Source: an uncultured bacterium
GTDB lineage: Bacteria > Margulisbacteria > WOR-1 > CAVSGV01
DNA: 32,000 nucleotides
Direction: 5' to 3'
NCBI GenBank assembly: GCA_963699255.1
Contig: OY969425.1
Location: 1,170,001 to 1,202,000, forward strand
In this document: one piece after another, positions 17,589-24,545 of the stretch
How the letters are laid out: the number at the start of each line of letters is the position of its first letter
How positions within the stretch are numbered: the first letter of the stretch is position 1
Program-made: the position numbers and the translations under genes
The notes under the pieces: generated by a model
The model's input: only the letters and a program-made list of their open reading frames with translations
What the model was told of the DNA's origin: nothing
The model's database searches: none

Positions 17589-18185
17589 TTACAATCTTGG
17601 GGTTTTTGTTCTTGGCGCAGGCGTAACGTTTTCCTTTGACGGAATTGCAGGGATAACTTCTTCCTGGATCCTCTGGATGTTTTGCTGGACAAAATCTATC
17701 TTCGGGAACATCCCGAAAATGGACAGATAAGACTTTGTAAGGGTTGGAACGGAGATCTTCTTAGAGACGGATACCGAAAAAATATCTTTAATTCCCGTCG
17801 AAAAAGGGAGCATCAGGCATATCTGGATAGCGATGCCGACTATCAGTATCCCCTGCATAAGTCCCAGCAGCGCGCCGCCAAGCGATTCCACCACGCCGAT
17901 GAAAGATACCTTCACCAGCTTCATTATATAGCCGACGAACAGCTCAAGGATCGCGAACGATATCACCCAGAATATTATGAAAGTGACCGCGTATACAGAG
18001 GTGTCCTGAACTTTTAAGAACGGCATGATCGAAGTTGAAAGCGACCTGTACATCTGTCCCGAGAAAAATATGGCAAGAAGGACCGCGAAAATATCCAGGA
18101 ACGTTTTCATTACCCCGCGCTGTACGCCGTAGAAGACAAAGGCAGCAACCGCGATCACCGCGACAACATCGATCCAGTTAATCAT
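17589..18185 (-). CDS. cvpA: CvpA family membrane protein
   Basis: N-terminal MINWIDVVAVIAVAAFVFYGVQRG plus 4 predicted TM segments. Zero-nt junctions with purE upstream and mpg downstream. Confidence 0.8.
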   Translation of the reverse strand: MINWIDVVAVIAVAAFVFYGVQRGVMKTFLDIFAVLLAIFFSGQMYRSLSTSIMPFLKVQDTSVYAVTFIIFWVISFAILELFVGYIMKLVKVSFIGVVESLGGALLGLMQGILIVGIAIQICLMLPFSTGIKDIFSVSVSKKISVPTLTKSYLSIFGMFPKIDFVQQNIQRIQEEVIPAIPSKENVTPAPRTKTPRL

Positions 18186-18641
18186 TTATATCTTAGCTCC
18201 CTTCTCCATCTTGTGCTTTAAAGCTTTAAGCGCGGTTTTCAGTTTGGGATATTTAAGGCTCAATATCTGCGCCGCGAGGATAGCCGCATTCTTTGCGCCG
18301 CCTATCGCGACGGTCGCGACCGGAATTCCCGAAGGCATCTGTACTATAGAGTAAAGCGAATCGAACCCCGACAGCGACTTTGTTTCGATCGGAACTCCGA
18401 TGACCGGAAGAATGGTATTTGCCGCAACAACACCGGGAAGATGAGCCGCTCCTCCAGCCGCGGCGATCACAAGATCATACTTTGAAGCGGCGGCAGAGGC
18501 TATCTTTGAAACTTTCTTTGGATTCCTGTGGGCAGAAGCGACTATCAGATCAAAAGGGATCTTGAATTGGGCAAGAAGTTTCTTGGTCCCATCCATTTGA
18601 GGGATGTCGGAGCCGCTACCAAGAATAACTAATATTCTCAT
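18186..18641 (-). CDS. purE: 5-(carboxyamino)imidazole ribonucleotide mutase
   Basis: ILGSGSDIPQM, VASAHRNP and AAGGAAHLPGVVAA motifs. 151 aa. Confidence 0.92.
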   Translation of the reverse strand: MRILVILGSGSDIPQMDGTKKLLAQFKIPFDLIVASAHRNPKKVSKIASAAASKYDLVIAAAGGAAHLPGVVAANTILPVIGVPIETKSLSGFDSLYSIVQMPSGIPVATVAIGGAKNAAILAAQILSLKYPKLKTALKALKHKMEKGAKI

Positions 18642-18657
18642 AAAATAAATTCTTCCT

Positions 18658-18695
18658 CAATTGTTCATTGTGAAATTGTTAATTGTGTCATTGCC
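18658..18695. repeat. Half-element (T/G/A-word arm) of the CACAAAT/ATTGTG family between the IPMS-like stop and the purE start
   Basis: The sequence caattgttcattgtgaaattgttaattgtgtcattgcc shares the 11-mer ttgttcattgt with 20107-20117. No complementary arm lies nearby. Confidence 0.5.
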
Positions 18696-18697
18696 TA

Positions 18698-19930
18698 TTA
18701 GGGAGCGACCGTCATTATCTTTCTTGCCTGTTCAGGATATTTTGCGACGAACAGGAGCTCTCTTTTCGTCAACGGTTTTTGCGTGTGTACATTGGCATAT
18801 CTGACCAGCTCGAGCACCCTTTCCGCTTCCGCGTCGTCCTTGAATACGACCTCAAGGTTGCCGAAAACATTCCTGAACCCTTTTATGCCGCTGTATTCGC
18901 CGACCGTTATCATTCGCCCCGTCTCAACATATTCGGGCTGGCCCCGTCCCAGTTCTTCGTACTCATAGAGTTCATAGTTCCTTCTGTCCTTCAGCGCGCC
19001 GTCGGCATGAATGCCGGACTCATGGGCAAAAGCGTTCGCTCCCACGCCCACCTGATTGATCGGGATGGGTATCCTGAAAGCATAAGAGGCATAATTCGCT
19101 ATCTCCCATGATCTTAAAAGGTCGACGCCTTCCGGATAATAGCCCTTGCCGGTCAAACCGCTTGAATACTTCAAGGCCAGCAGGACCGACAGCATGTCGG
19201 CATTTCCCGCCCGCTCACCGACCCCGTTCACGGTCGTGTTTATATACGCATCCTGGCCCGCATCAACAGCGCCTCTCGCCCCTTCAATGGAGCACGCAAC
19301 AGCCATTCCCAGATCATTATGGCAGTGAAGTTCTATGGGCATTTTCGTTTTGGTCGCAAGTTCATATATCCTGTCATATATCGTTTTCGGATCATCAGCG
19401 CCAAGAGTGTCGCAGTACCTTAATCGTTTTGCTCCCGCGGCTTTTCCGGCCTGGCCGAAACTGACAAGAAAATCCATGTCGGAACGGGAAGCATCTTCAG
19501 CATTTATGCCGACCGTTTCCGCCCCGTAGCCATATGCCGCTTTTACGGCCTCCTCTATCTTATTGATGACCTGTGTCTTGCTCATTTTTCCCAGGAATTT
19601 GCTCTCAAGCATTATGTTCGACGTTGACATCGAAAGGTTCAGGTGCTTGATCTTTGGGACCAGGTTGAAAGCGAGGTCAACATCTTTCTTTATCCCCCTG
19701 CACCAGCCTTCGAGCCTTATGGGTTTAAGTGCGCCCATTTCGGCAAGTTCAAGGTTCGCATTAAGATAATTCGTTTCGTGCTTCGTGAAAGGGAATCCGA
19801 ATTCCGACTGAAAGATCCCCATCTCGTTCAGCATCATATTTATGATCGTCTTTTCAAGCTTCGCCAGACCGAGCCGCGATGTCTGCACCCCGTCCCTGTT
19901 CGTTACGTCAATTATATAAACTTTCGGCAT
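18698..19930 (-). CDS. 2-isopropylmalate / homocitrate / citramalate / Re-citrate synthase family protein (HMGL-like TIM barrel, no LeuA regulatory domain)
   Basis: VTNRDGVQT, ELHCHNDLGMAVA, NGVGERAGNA and AHESGIHADG motifs. At 410 aa it is too short to carry the LeuA C-terminal allosteric domain. AGGAG SD. Confidence 0.85.
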   Translation of the reverse strand: MPKVYIIDVTNRDGVQTSRLGLAKLEKTIINMMLNEMGIFQSEFGFPFTKHETNYLNANLELAEMGALKPIRLEGWCRGIKKDVDLAFNLVPKIKHLNLSMSTSNIMLESKFLGKMSKTQVINKIEEAVKAAYGYGAETVGINAEDASRSDMDFLVSFGQAGKAAGAKRLRYCDTLGADDPKTIYDRIYELATKTKMPIELHCHNDLGMAVACSIEGARGAVDAGQDAYINTTVNGVGERAGNADMLSVLLALKYSSGLTGKGYYPEGVDLLRSWEIANYASYAFRIPIPINQVGVGANAFAHESGIHADGALKDRRNYELYEYEELGRGQPEYVETGRMITVGEYSGIKGFRNVFGNLEVVFKDDAEAERVLELVRYANVHTQKPLTKRELLFVAKYPEQARKIMTVAP

Positions 19931-19966
19931 TAATATGATCTCCTTCTAATTGTAAACTGTGAGGCC

Positions 19967-19995
19967 ATTATAACTTATCAAAAAAAAAATTACAA
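19967..19995 (-). promoter_or_regulatory. Candidate promoter for the IPMS-like/purE/cvpA/mpg gene string
   Basis: The minus strand reads TTGTAA (19995-19990), a 17-nt spacer containing T10, then TATAAT (19972-19967). An AGGAG SD and the ATG at 19930 follow. Confidence 0.4.
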
Positions 19996-20160
19996 ATTAC
20001 AATACACAAACCACAAGCAATGATGTCACCCTGAACTTGTTTCAGGGTCTGAAAATGCAGATGCCGAAATAAATTCGGCATGACAGTTGGGACAGGCGGG
20101 TTTGTTTTGTTCATTGTATATTGTGATTTGTTTGTGGTTTGGGATTTGTATATTGTGATT
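19980..20160. repeat. Composite element: CACAAAT-word arm (19990-20023), structured core with two 8-bp hairpins (20024-20085), and ATTGTG-word arm (20101-20160)
   Basis: Core hairpins are accctgaa/ttcagggt (20028-20048) and atgccgaa/ttcggcat (20061-20081), bracketed by tgtca/tgaca. The arms match the 10.9-kb copy at 36 of 41 and 23 of 25 positions. Read on the minus strand, the structure is followed by a U10 tract (19989-19980). Confidence 0.75.
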
Positions 20161-21084
20161 TTATCTGTATTCTTCCGATGACTGATAATACCTGAACCAG
20201 ATATTGACTATGCCGATCATCACGATAAGCAACAGGACGGAGGTCGCCGCTCCAGATCCGAAGTCCCACCTCTGGAAGGAATTCCTGAATATGTCCGTCA
20301 TCATGAGATCGCCCCATTGGCCGGGGAAGCCGGCGCCAAAACCGAACATCATGATGACAATATTAAATGAATATACGTTATATATAAGGCCGAAAAGTAT
20401 AAGGATGGCCCAAACTGGCCTCAGGAGCGGGAAAGTGATCATCCAGAATTTCCTCCAGGGCGACGCCCCGTCAATATCCGCCGCTTCATAGAGCTCGTCA
20501 GGTATCGTCTGAAGGCCCGCAAGAAGCATCAGCATTGAAAGCGGCCAGTATCTCCAGACGGTCGGGATGATTATCGCCCATAGGGTATTCGGCCCGAGAA
20601 GCCAGAAAGGTTTTGATGGAAGAATGTGCAGAACATCAACAAGAACAATATTTATGATCCCGATATTCTTCTGCCACATGAATCCCCAGAGAAGCCCGGT
20701 AACATACGTTGGCACTATCCACGGGAACAGGAAAAGCGTTCTGATGAGCGATCGGCCCCTGAATTTCCTGTTCACCATGAGCGCCACCATAAGCCCGACC
20801 CACAGCGTTCCAAGCGTTACGACTATCGTGTATATAACGGTATTCCTGACAGCTTCCAGAAGCCCGATCCTCATGGGGCTTTGCGCGTTCACCAGCACAT
20901 TATAATAATTTTGGAACCCTACGAAAGGCGCGAGAAGATAGCTGCCCAGCGTGAACTGATCAAGCCTCAGGAAAGACATGTAAACCCCCTGGACGATGGG
21001 CAGGAAATGAAGGAAGAACATCGCTATCCCCGTGGGAAGCAGGAACATGTAAGCGAATTTATTCTTTTTAATTTGTTTCCACAT
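20161..21084 (-). CDS. Carbohydrate ABC transporter permease (MalF/UgpA-type, CUT1 family)
   Basis: Six hydrophobic segments and an EAA-loop motif (ELYEAADIDGASPWRKFWMITFPLLRP). Confidence 0.88.
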   Translation of the reverse strand: MWKQIKKNKFAYMFLLPTGIAMFFLHFLPIVQGVYMSFLRLDQFTLGSYLLAPFVGFQNYYNVLVNAQSPMRIGLLEAVRNTVIYTIVVTLGTLWVGLMVALMVNRKFRGRSLIRTLFLFPWIVPTYVTGLLWGFMWQKNIGIINIVLVDVLHILPSKPFWLLGPNTLWAIIIPTVWRYWPLSMLMLLAGLQTIPDELYEAADIDGASPWRKFWMITFPLLRPVWAILILFGLIYNVYSFNIVIMMFGFGAGFPGQWGDLMMTDIFRNSFQRWDFGSGAATSVLLLIVMIGIVNIWFRYYQSSEEYR

Positions 21085-21123
21085 CAGGTCAGGAATTATA
21101 CCTTATAAAAGCATGGAAATGCA

Positions 21124-21205
21124 AGAGATGTGAGACGCGACGTGCGAGATGTGAAAAAGATCTCATCTCACATCTCTCATCTCACATCTCTCATCTCACA
21201 TCTCC
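21124..21205. repeat. GAGATGTGA module (two direct copies) facing three perfect tandem 14-bp repeats (TCTCATCTCACATC) that contain its reverse complement
   Basis: GAGATGTGA occurs at 21125-21133 and 21146-21154. The tandem units are 21161-21174, 21175-21188 and 21189-21202, and each junction yields TCACATCTC. The block sits between the divergent permease and SBP promoters. Confidence 0.85.
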
Positions 21206-21214
21206 GGTCCGGCC

Positions 21215-21243
21215 TTGCCCCTTAGATGAAATTTTGATATAAT
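21215..21243 (+). promoter_or_regulatory. Candidate promoter of the sugar SBP gene
   Basis: TTGCCC (21215-21220), a 17-nt spacer ending in TGa, then TATAAT (21238-21243). AAGGAGG (21266-21272) lies 6 nt before the GTG at 21279. Confidence 0.5.
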
Positions 21244-21278
21244 AACGTCGGTTTTCTAAAGACAAAAGGAGGAAAATC

Positions 21279-22613
21279 GTGCGCAAATATCTAGCTCTGC
21301 TGCTCATCGTATTATTCTCAATTTCCATTATGGGATGCGGGAAAGCAAAGGAAGAACCCGGAAAAGCCACTGTGCAGATGTGGGTCATGCCAAACTCCCT
21401 GGAGCCCATAGCGGATATAGAAGCTCTCCTGAAAGATTTTGAGAAAGATAACCCGGGAATAAAAGTAAAGGTAACATCGGTTGACTGGGGCGCGGCCTGG
21501 ACCAAGATAACAACGGCGGCAACCTCGGGAGATGTCCCGGACCTTGTTCAGATAGGTTCCACGTGGGTCGGCTCAATCTCCGGCATGGGCTCTCTGCTGG
21601 ACCTGAAGGACAGGGTCGCGGAACTTGGAGGAAAGAACGTGTTCGTTCCCGCCGCGTGGAAATCGACCGGCATAGAGGGATCCGGTCAGGTCACCGCGAT
21701 CCCGTGGTTCATGGATGCGAGGGCGATGTATTACAGAACGGATGTCCTGAGGGAAGCAAAAGTCGACCCAAAAGAGCTTGATAACTGGCAGTCATTTGGA
21801 AAAGCGCTTAAGAAGATCAGTGACGCAAAAGTATCGATCGACGGCCTTGATATTTCACCGCTAGGAATATCAGGCAAGAACGACTGGAACGTGATACACA
21901 ACCTTGCTCCGTGGATATGGGGAGCCGGCGGAGACTTTATCGGAAAAGACAGGAAAAGCTCAGTGATAAATTCAAAGGAATCGCTGAACGGGATCTTGTA
22001 TTACATAAGTCTCGTGAAGAACGGTTATGTTCCCATCGAATATCTTGAATTGAACACGGCCCAGGTGTCGTCGAATTTCAATAACGGCTCCTGTGCCATA
22101 TATTTTGACGGACCCTACGAAGTGAAAACCCTGACAACGCCTCCGGGACAGGGAGGAGCAGCCGGCTCGCTTACTTCAAGGAATTTCGCCGTCGCTCCTT
22201 ATCCGAGCGGGCCCAGAGGAAGGGTCGCCTTTATCGGCGGGTCGAACCTGGGGATATTCAAGCTTGCCAAGCATCCGAACGAAGCTTTCAAGGTCATTCA
22301 ATATTTGACCTCAAAACAGTCTCAGGTAAGTTACGCGAAAACCACGGGATTCCTTCCCGCGAGGCGCGACGCGTTCGACGACCCGTTCTTCTCCGCCGAC
22401 CCGAACAGGCGGGTGTTCAAGGAAGCGGTGCTGTATGGAAAGACCTATCCGTGCATTCCCGCATGGGGCCTTCTTGAGCCGGTCCTCACAAGGCGGTTCG
22501 GGATAATGTGGGAATACGTGACGAACACGTTCGGGGACGGTTTCAAACAGTCGGAAATAAAAAAGCAGCTTGATCTTGCAAAGATCGAAATAGATGGAGT
22601 ATTAAAGCAATGA
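21279..22613 (+). CDS. Carbohydrate ABC transporter substrate-binding lipoprotein (family 1 SBP)
   Basis: Signal peptide with a lipobox (LFSISIMGC). SBP_bac_1-like sequence throughout (PDLVQIGSTWV, IPWFMDARAMYYR, GGSNLGIFK). Confidence 0.88.
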   Translation: MRKYLALLLIVLFSISIMGCGKAKEEPGKATVQMWVMPNSLEPIADIEALLKDFEKDNPGIKVKVTSVDWGAAWTKITTAATSGDVPDLVQIGSTWVGSISGMGSLLDLKDRVAELGGKNVFVPAAWKSTGIEGSGQVTAIPWFMDARAMYYRTDVLREAKVDPKELDNWQSFGKALKKISDAKVSIDGLDISPLGISGKNDWNVIHNLAPWIWGAGGDFIGKDRKSSVINSKESLNGILYYISLVKNGYVPIEYLELNTAQVSSNFNNGSCAIYFDGPYEVKTLTTPPGQGGAAGSLTSRNFAVAPYPSGPRGRVAFIGGSNLGIFKLAKHPNEAFKVIQYLTSKQSQVSYAKTTGFLPARRDAFDDPFFSADPNRRVFKEAVLYGKTYPCIPAWGLLEPVLTRRFGIMWEYVTNTFGDGFKQSEIKKQLDLAKIEIDGVLKQ

Positions 22614-22702
22614 CCAATTTGCAATGTCAAATTAATGGCCAATGTCCAATCACTCAATTGGAAATTAATTTGGATTTGGTCATTGGTAATTGGTGATTTA
22701 AA
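22611..22702. repeat. Word-level inverted repeat: three CCAAT words (left) and three ATTGG words (right), filling the SBP-glmS spacer
   Basis: CCAAT starts at 22614, 22639 and 22646. ATTGG starts at 22657, 22682 and 22689, each offset by exactly 43 nt. There is a local hairpin tccaat/attgga (22645-22662), and aaattaat is duplicated at 22629 and 22662. Confidence 0.7.
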
Positions 22703-22705
22703 CTT

Positions 22706-24541
22706 ATGTGCGGCATTTTTGGTTACGTCGGCAATAAAGAATGCATCTCCCTTTTAATAGAAGGCTTGAAGAAGCTTGAGTACAGGGGATATGATTCTGC
22801 CGGCGTCGCGGTCATAAACAATGACCTTTTGATAGTTGAAAAATGCGCGGGAAAAATAACTGAACTTGAAAAACTCCTGGATGGCAATTCTCCCATAGAC
22901 AGCCGCATTGGCATAGCCCACACGCGCTGGGCGACCCACGGCAGGCCTTCCAGCGAGAACAGCCACCCCCATACCGACTGCAAGGACGAAATAGCCGTGG
23001 TCCACAACGGGATCGTCGAGAATTACCTCCAGATAAGACGGGACCTTGCCGCCGACGGACATGTTTTCAAATCCACCACTGACACTGAAGTTATCGCTCA
23101 CCTTATAGAAAAGAACCTTAACTCCGGACCCGCTTCACTGGAAGAGGCCGTAAGGAAAACGGTGAGGGAGCTGGATGGTTCCTTCGCGATCGCTGTCGTA
23201 TCAAAGAACGAGCCGGACAAGATAATAGTCGCAAAACGCGGAAGCCCGTTGAAGATCGGGCTGGGCGACGGCGAAACTTTTATCGCTTCCGATATCCCGG
23301 CACTGATCAAATACACCAGCAGAGTGATCTTCCTGGGCGAGGAAGAAATGGCCGTTGTAACGAAGCTCGGCGCGAAGGTCACCGATTTTGCCGGAAACCC
23401 GGTATCCAAGGAAGTGACCCTGGTATCTTGGGATCCTGTATCCGCCGAAAAAGGCGGGTACGCGCATTTCATGCTGAAGGAGATCCACGAGCAGCCGGGC
23501 GCCATCAGGGATACGATAGCTGACAGGATAAAGGACAATAACATACACTTTGAAGAACTTGGGATCGACAAAAAAGAACTGGCCAAGGTCAACAGGGTCG
23601 TTTTCACGGCCTGCGGGACAAGCTGGCATGCGGGACTTATCGGTGAATATTTGATCGAACAGTTCGTGAAGATTCCCTGCGAGGTGGAATATGCCGCGGA
23701 ATTCAGGTACAGGCACCCGGTCGTGGACAGCAACACCCTTGTCATAGCGATAAGCCAGTCAGGCGAGACGGCGGACACGATGGGAGCGGTGTGGGAAGCA
23801 AAATCACGGGGCGCCAAGGTATTGTCGATATGTAATGTCGTGGGAAGCTCCATCGCAAGAGAATCTGACGGCGTCCTGTACACTTACGCGGGGCCGGAAA
23901 TAGGGGTCGCCTCCACTAAAGCGTTCACCACGCAGATCGTGGTGATCTATCTTTTCTCAATAATGCTGGGCGTCTTAAAGAACAACATAACTCCAAGCGA
24001 AGCGGAAAAAATGATGAAGGACCTCTTTGAGCTTCCTCAGAAGGTGGAGCTTATTCTCATGAACGAGAGCAAGGTGGAAGCTCTTGCCGAAAAACTATAC
24101 AAGAGCACGAACGCGCTTTACCTGGGGCGCGGCAAAGGTTTTCCGATAGCTCTCGAAGGAGCGTTAAAGCTGAAAGAGGTCTCGTATATACACGCTGAGG
24201 GATATCCGGCGGCGGAAATGAAGCACGGCCCTATCGCTCTTATAGACAAGAACATGCCTGTGGTTGTTATTGCCTTGAGAGGGCGCCGCTACGATAAGAT
24301 CCTGGGAAATATCGAAGAGGTCAAAGCAAGAGGCGGGTATGTTGTCGCTATTGCCGTGGACGGCGACACAGAAATAAAAGAAAAGGCTGACGACATATTC
24401 TATATTCCCCATACAACGGAGTCGCTATCCCCTATTCTTGCCGTCATTCCGCTGCAGCTTCTAGCTTATTACATAGCGATAAAGAGAGGCTGCCACGTGG
24501 ACCAGCCGAGGAACCTGGCAAAAAGCGTCACCGTAGAATAG
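22706..24541 (+). CDS. glmS: Glutamine--fructose-6-phosphate aminotransferase (isomerizing)
   Basis: MCGIFGY N-terminal nucleophile, two SIS domains (SQSGETADT) and the C-terminal KSVTVE. 611 aa. Confidence 0.96.
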   Translation: MCGIFGYVGNKECISLLIEGLKKLEYRGYDSAGVAVINNDLLIVEKCAGKITELEKLLDGNSPIDSRIGIAHTRWATHGRPSSENSHPHTDCKDEIAVVHNGIVENYLQIRRDLAADGHVFKSTTDTEVIAHLIEKNLNSGPASLEEAVRKTVRELDGSFAIAVVSKNEPDKIIVAKRGSPLKIGLGDGETFIASDIPALIKYTSRVIFLGEEEMAVVTKLGAKVTDFAGNPVSKEVTLVSWDPVSAEKGGYAHFMLKEIHEQPGAIRDTIADRIKDNNIHFEELGIDKKELAKVNRVVFTACGTSWHAGLIGEYLIEQFVKIPCEVEYAAEFRYRHPVVDSNTLVIAISQSGETADTMGAVWEAKSRGAKVLSICNVVGSSIARESDGVLYTYAGPEIGVASTKAFTTQIVVIYLFSIMLGVLKNNITPSEAEKMMKDLFELPQKVELILMNESKVEALAEKLYKSTNALYLGRGKGFPIALEGALKLKEVSYIHAEGYPAAEMKHGPIALIDKNMPVVVIALRGRRYDKILGNIEEVKARGGYVVAIAVDGDTEIKEKADDIFYIPHTTESLSPILAVIPLQLLAYYIAIKRGCHVDQPRNLAKSVTVE

Positions 24542-24545
24542 GGCT

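Noticed and set aside
20038-20048. Shared 11-mer tgtttcagggt with 25073-25083 as evidence of another dispersed repeat
   Set aside because: By rough estimate, many chance 11-mer matches are expected between positions and strands in a 32-kb window. The flanks do not align.
19980-20160. Calling the arm-core-arm element a mobile element (MITE/IS)
   Set aside because: There is no transposase and no identifiable target-site duplication. The 'terminal inverted repeats' are low-complexity words that also occur as half-elements. Mobility cannot be supported from one window, so I kept it as a repeat.
21161-21202. CRISPR-like array
   Set aside because: It is three perfectly contiguous 14-bp units with no spacers and no cas genes, so it is a simple tandem repeat.
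22614-22705. Possible glmS ribozyme or riboswitch in the glmS leader
   Set aside because: The spacer is only 92 nt and consists of CCAAT/ATTGG words. I could not recognise the conserved glmS ribozyme core, and known examples need a longer structured leader. A cmscan run would settle it.
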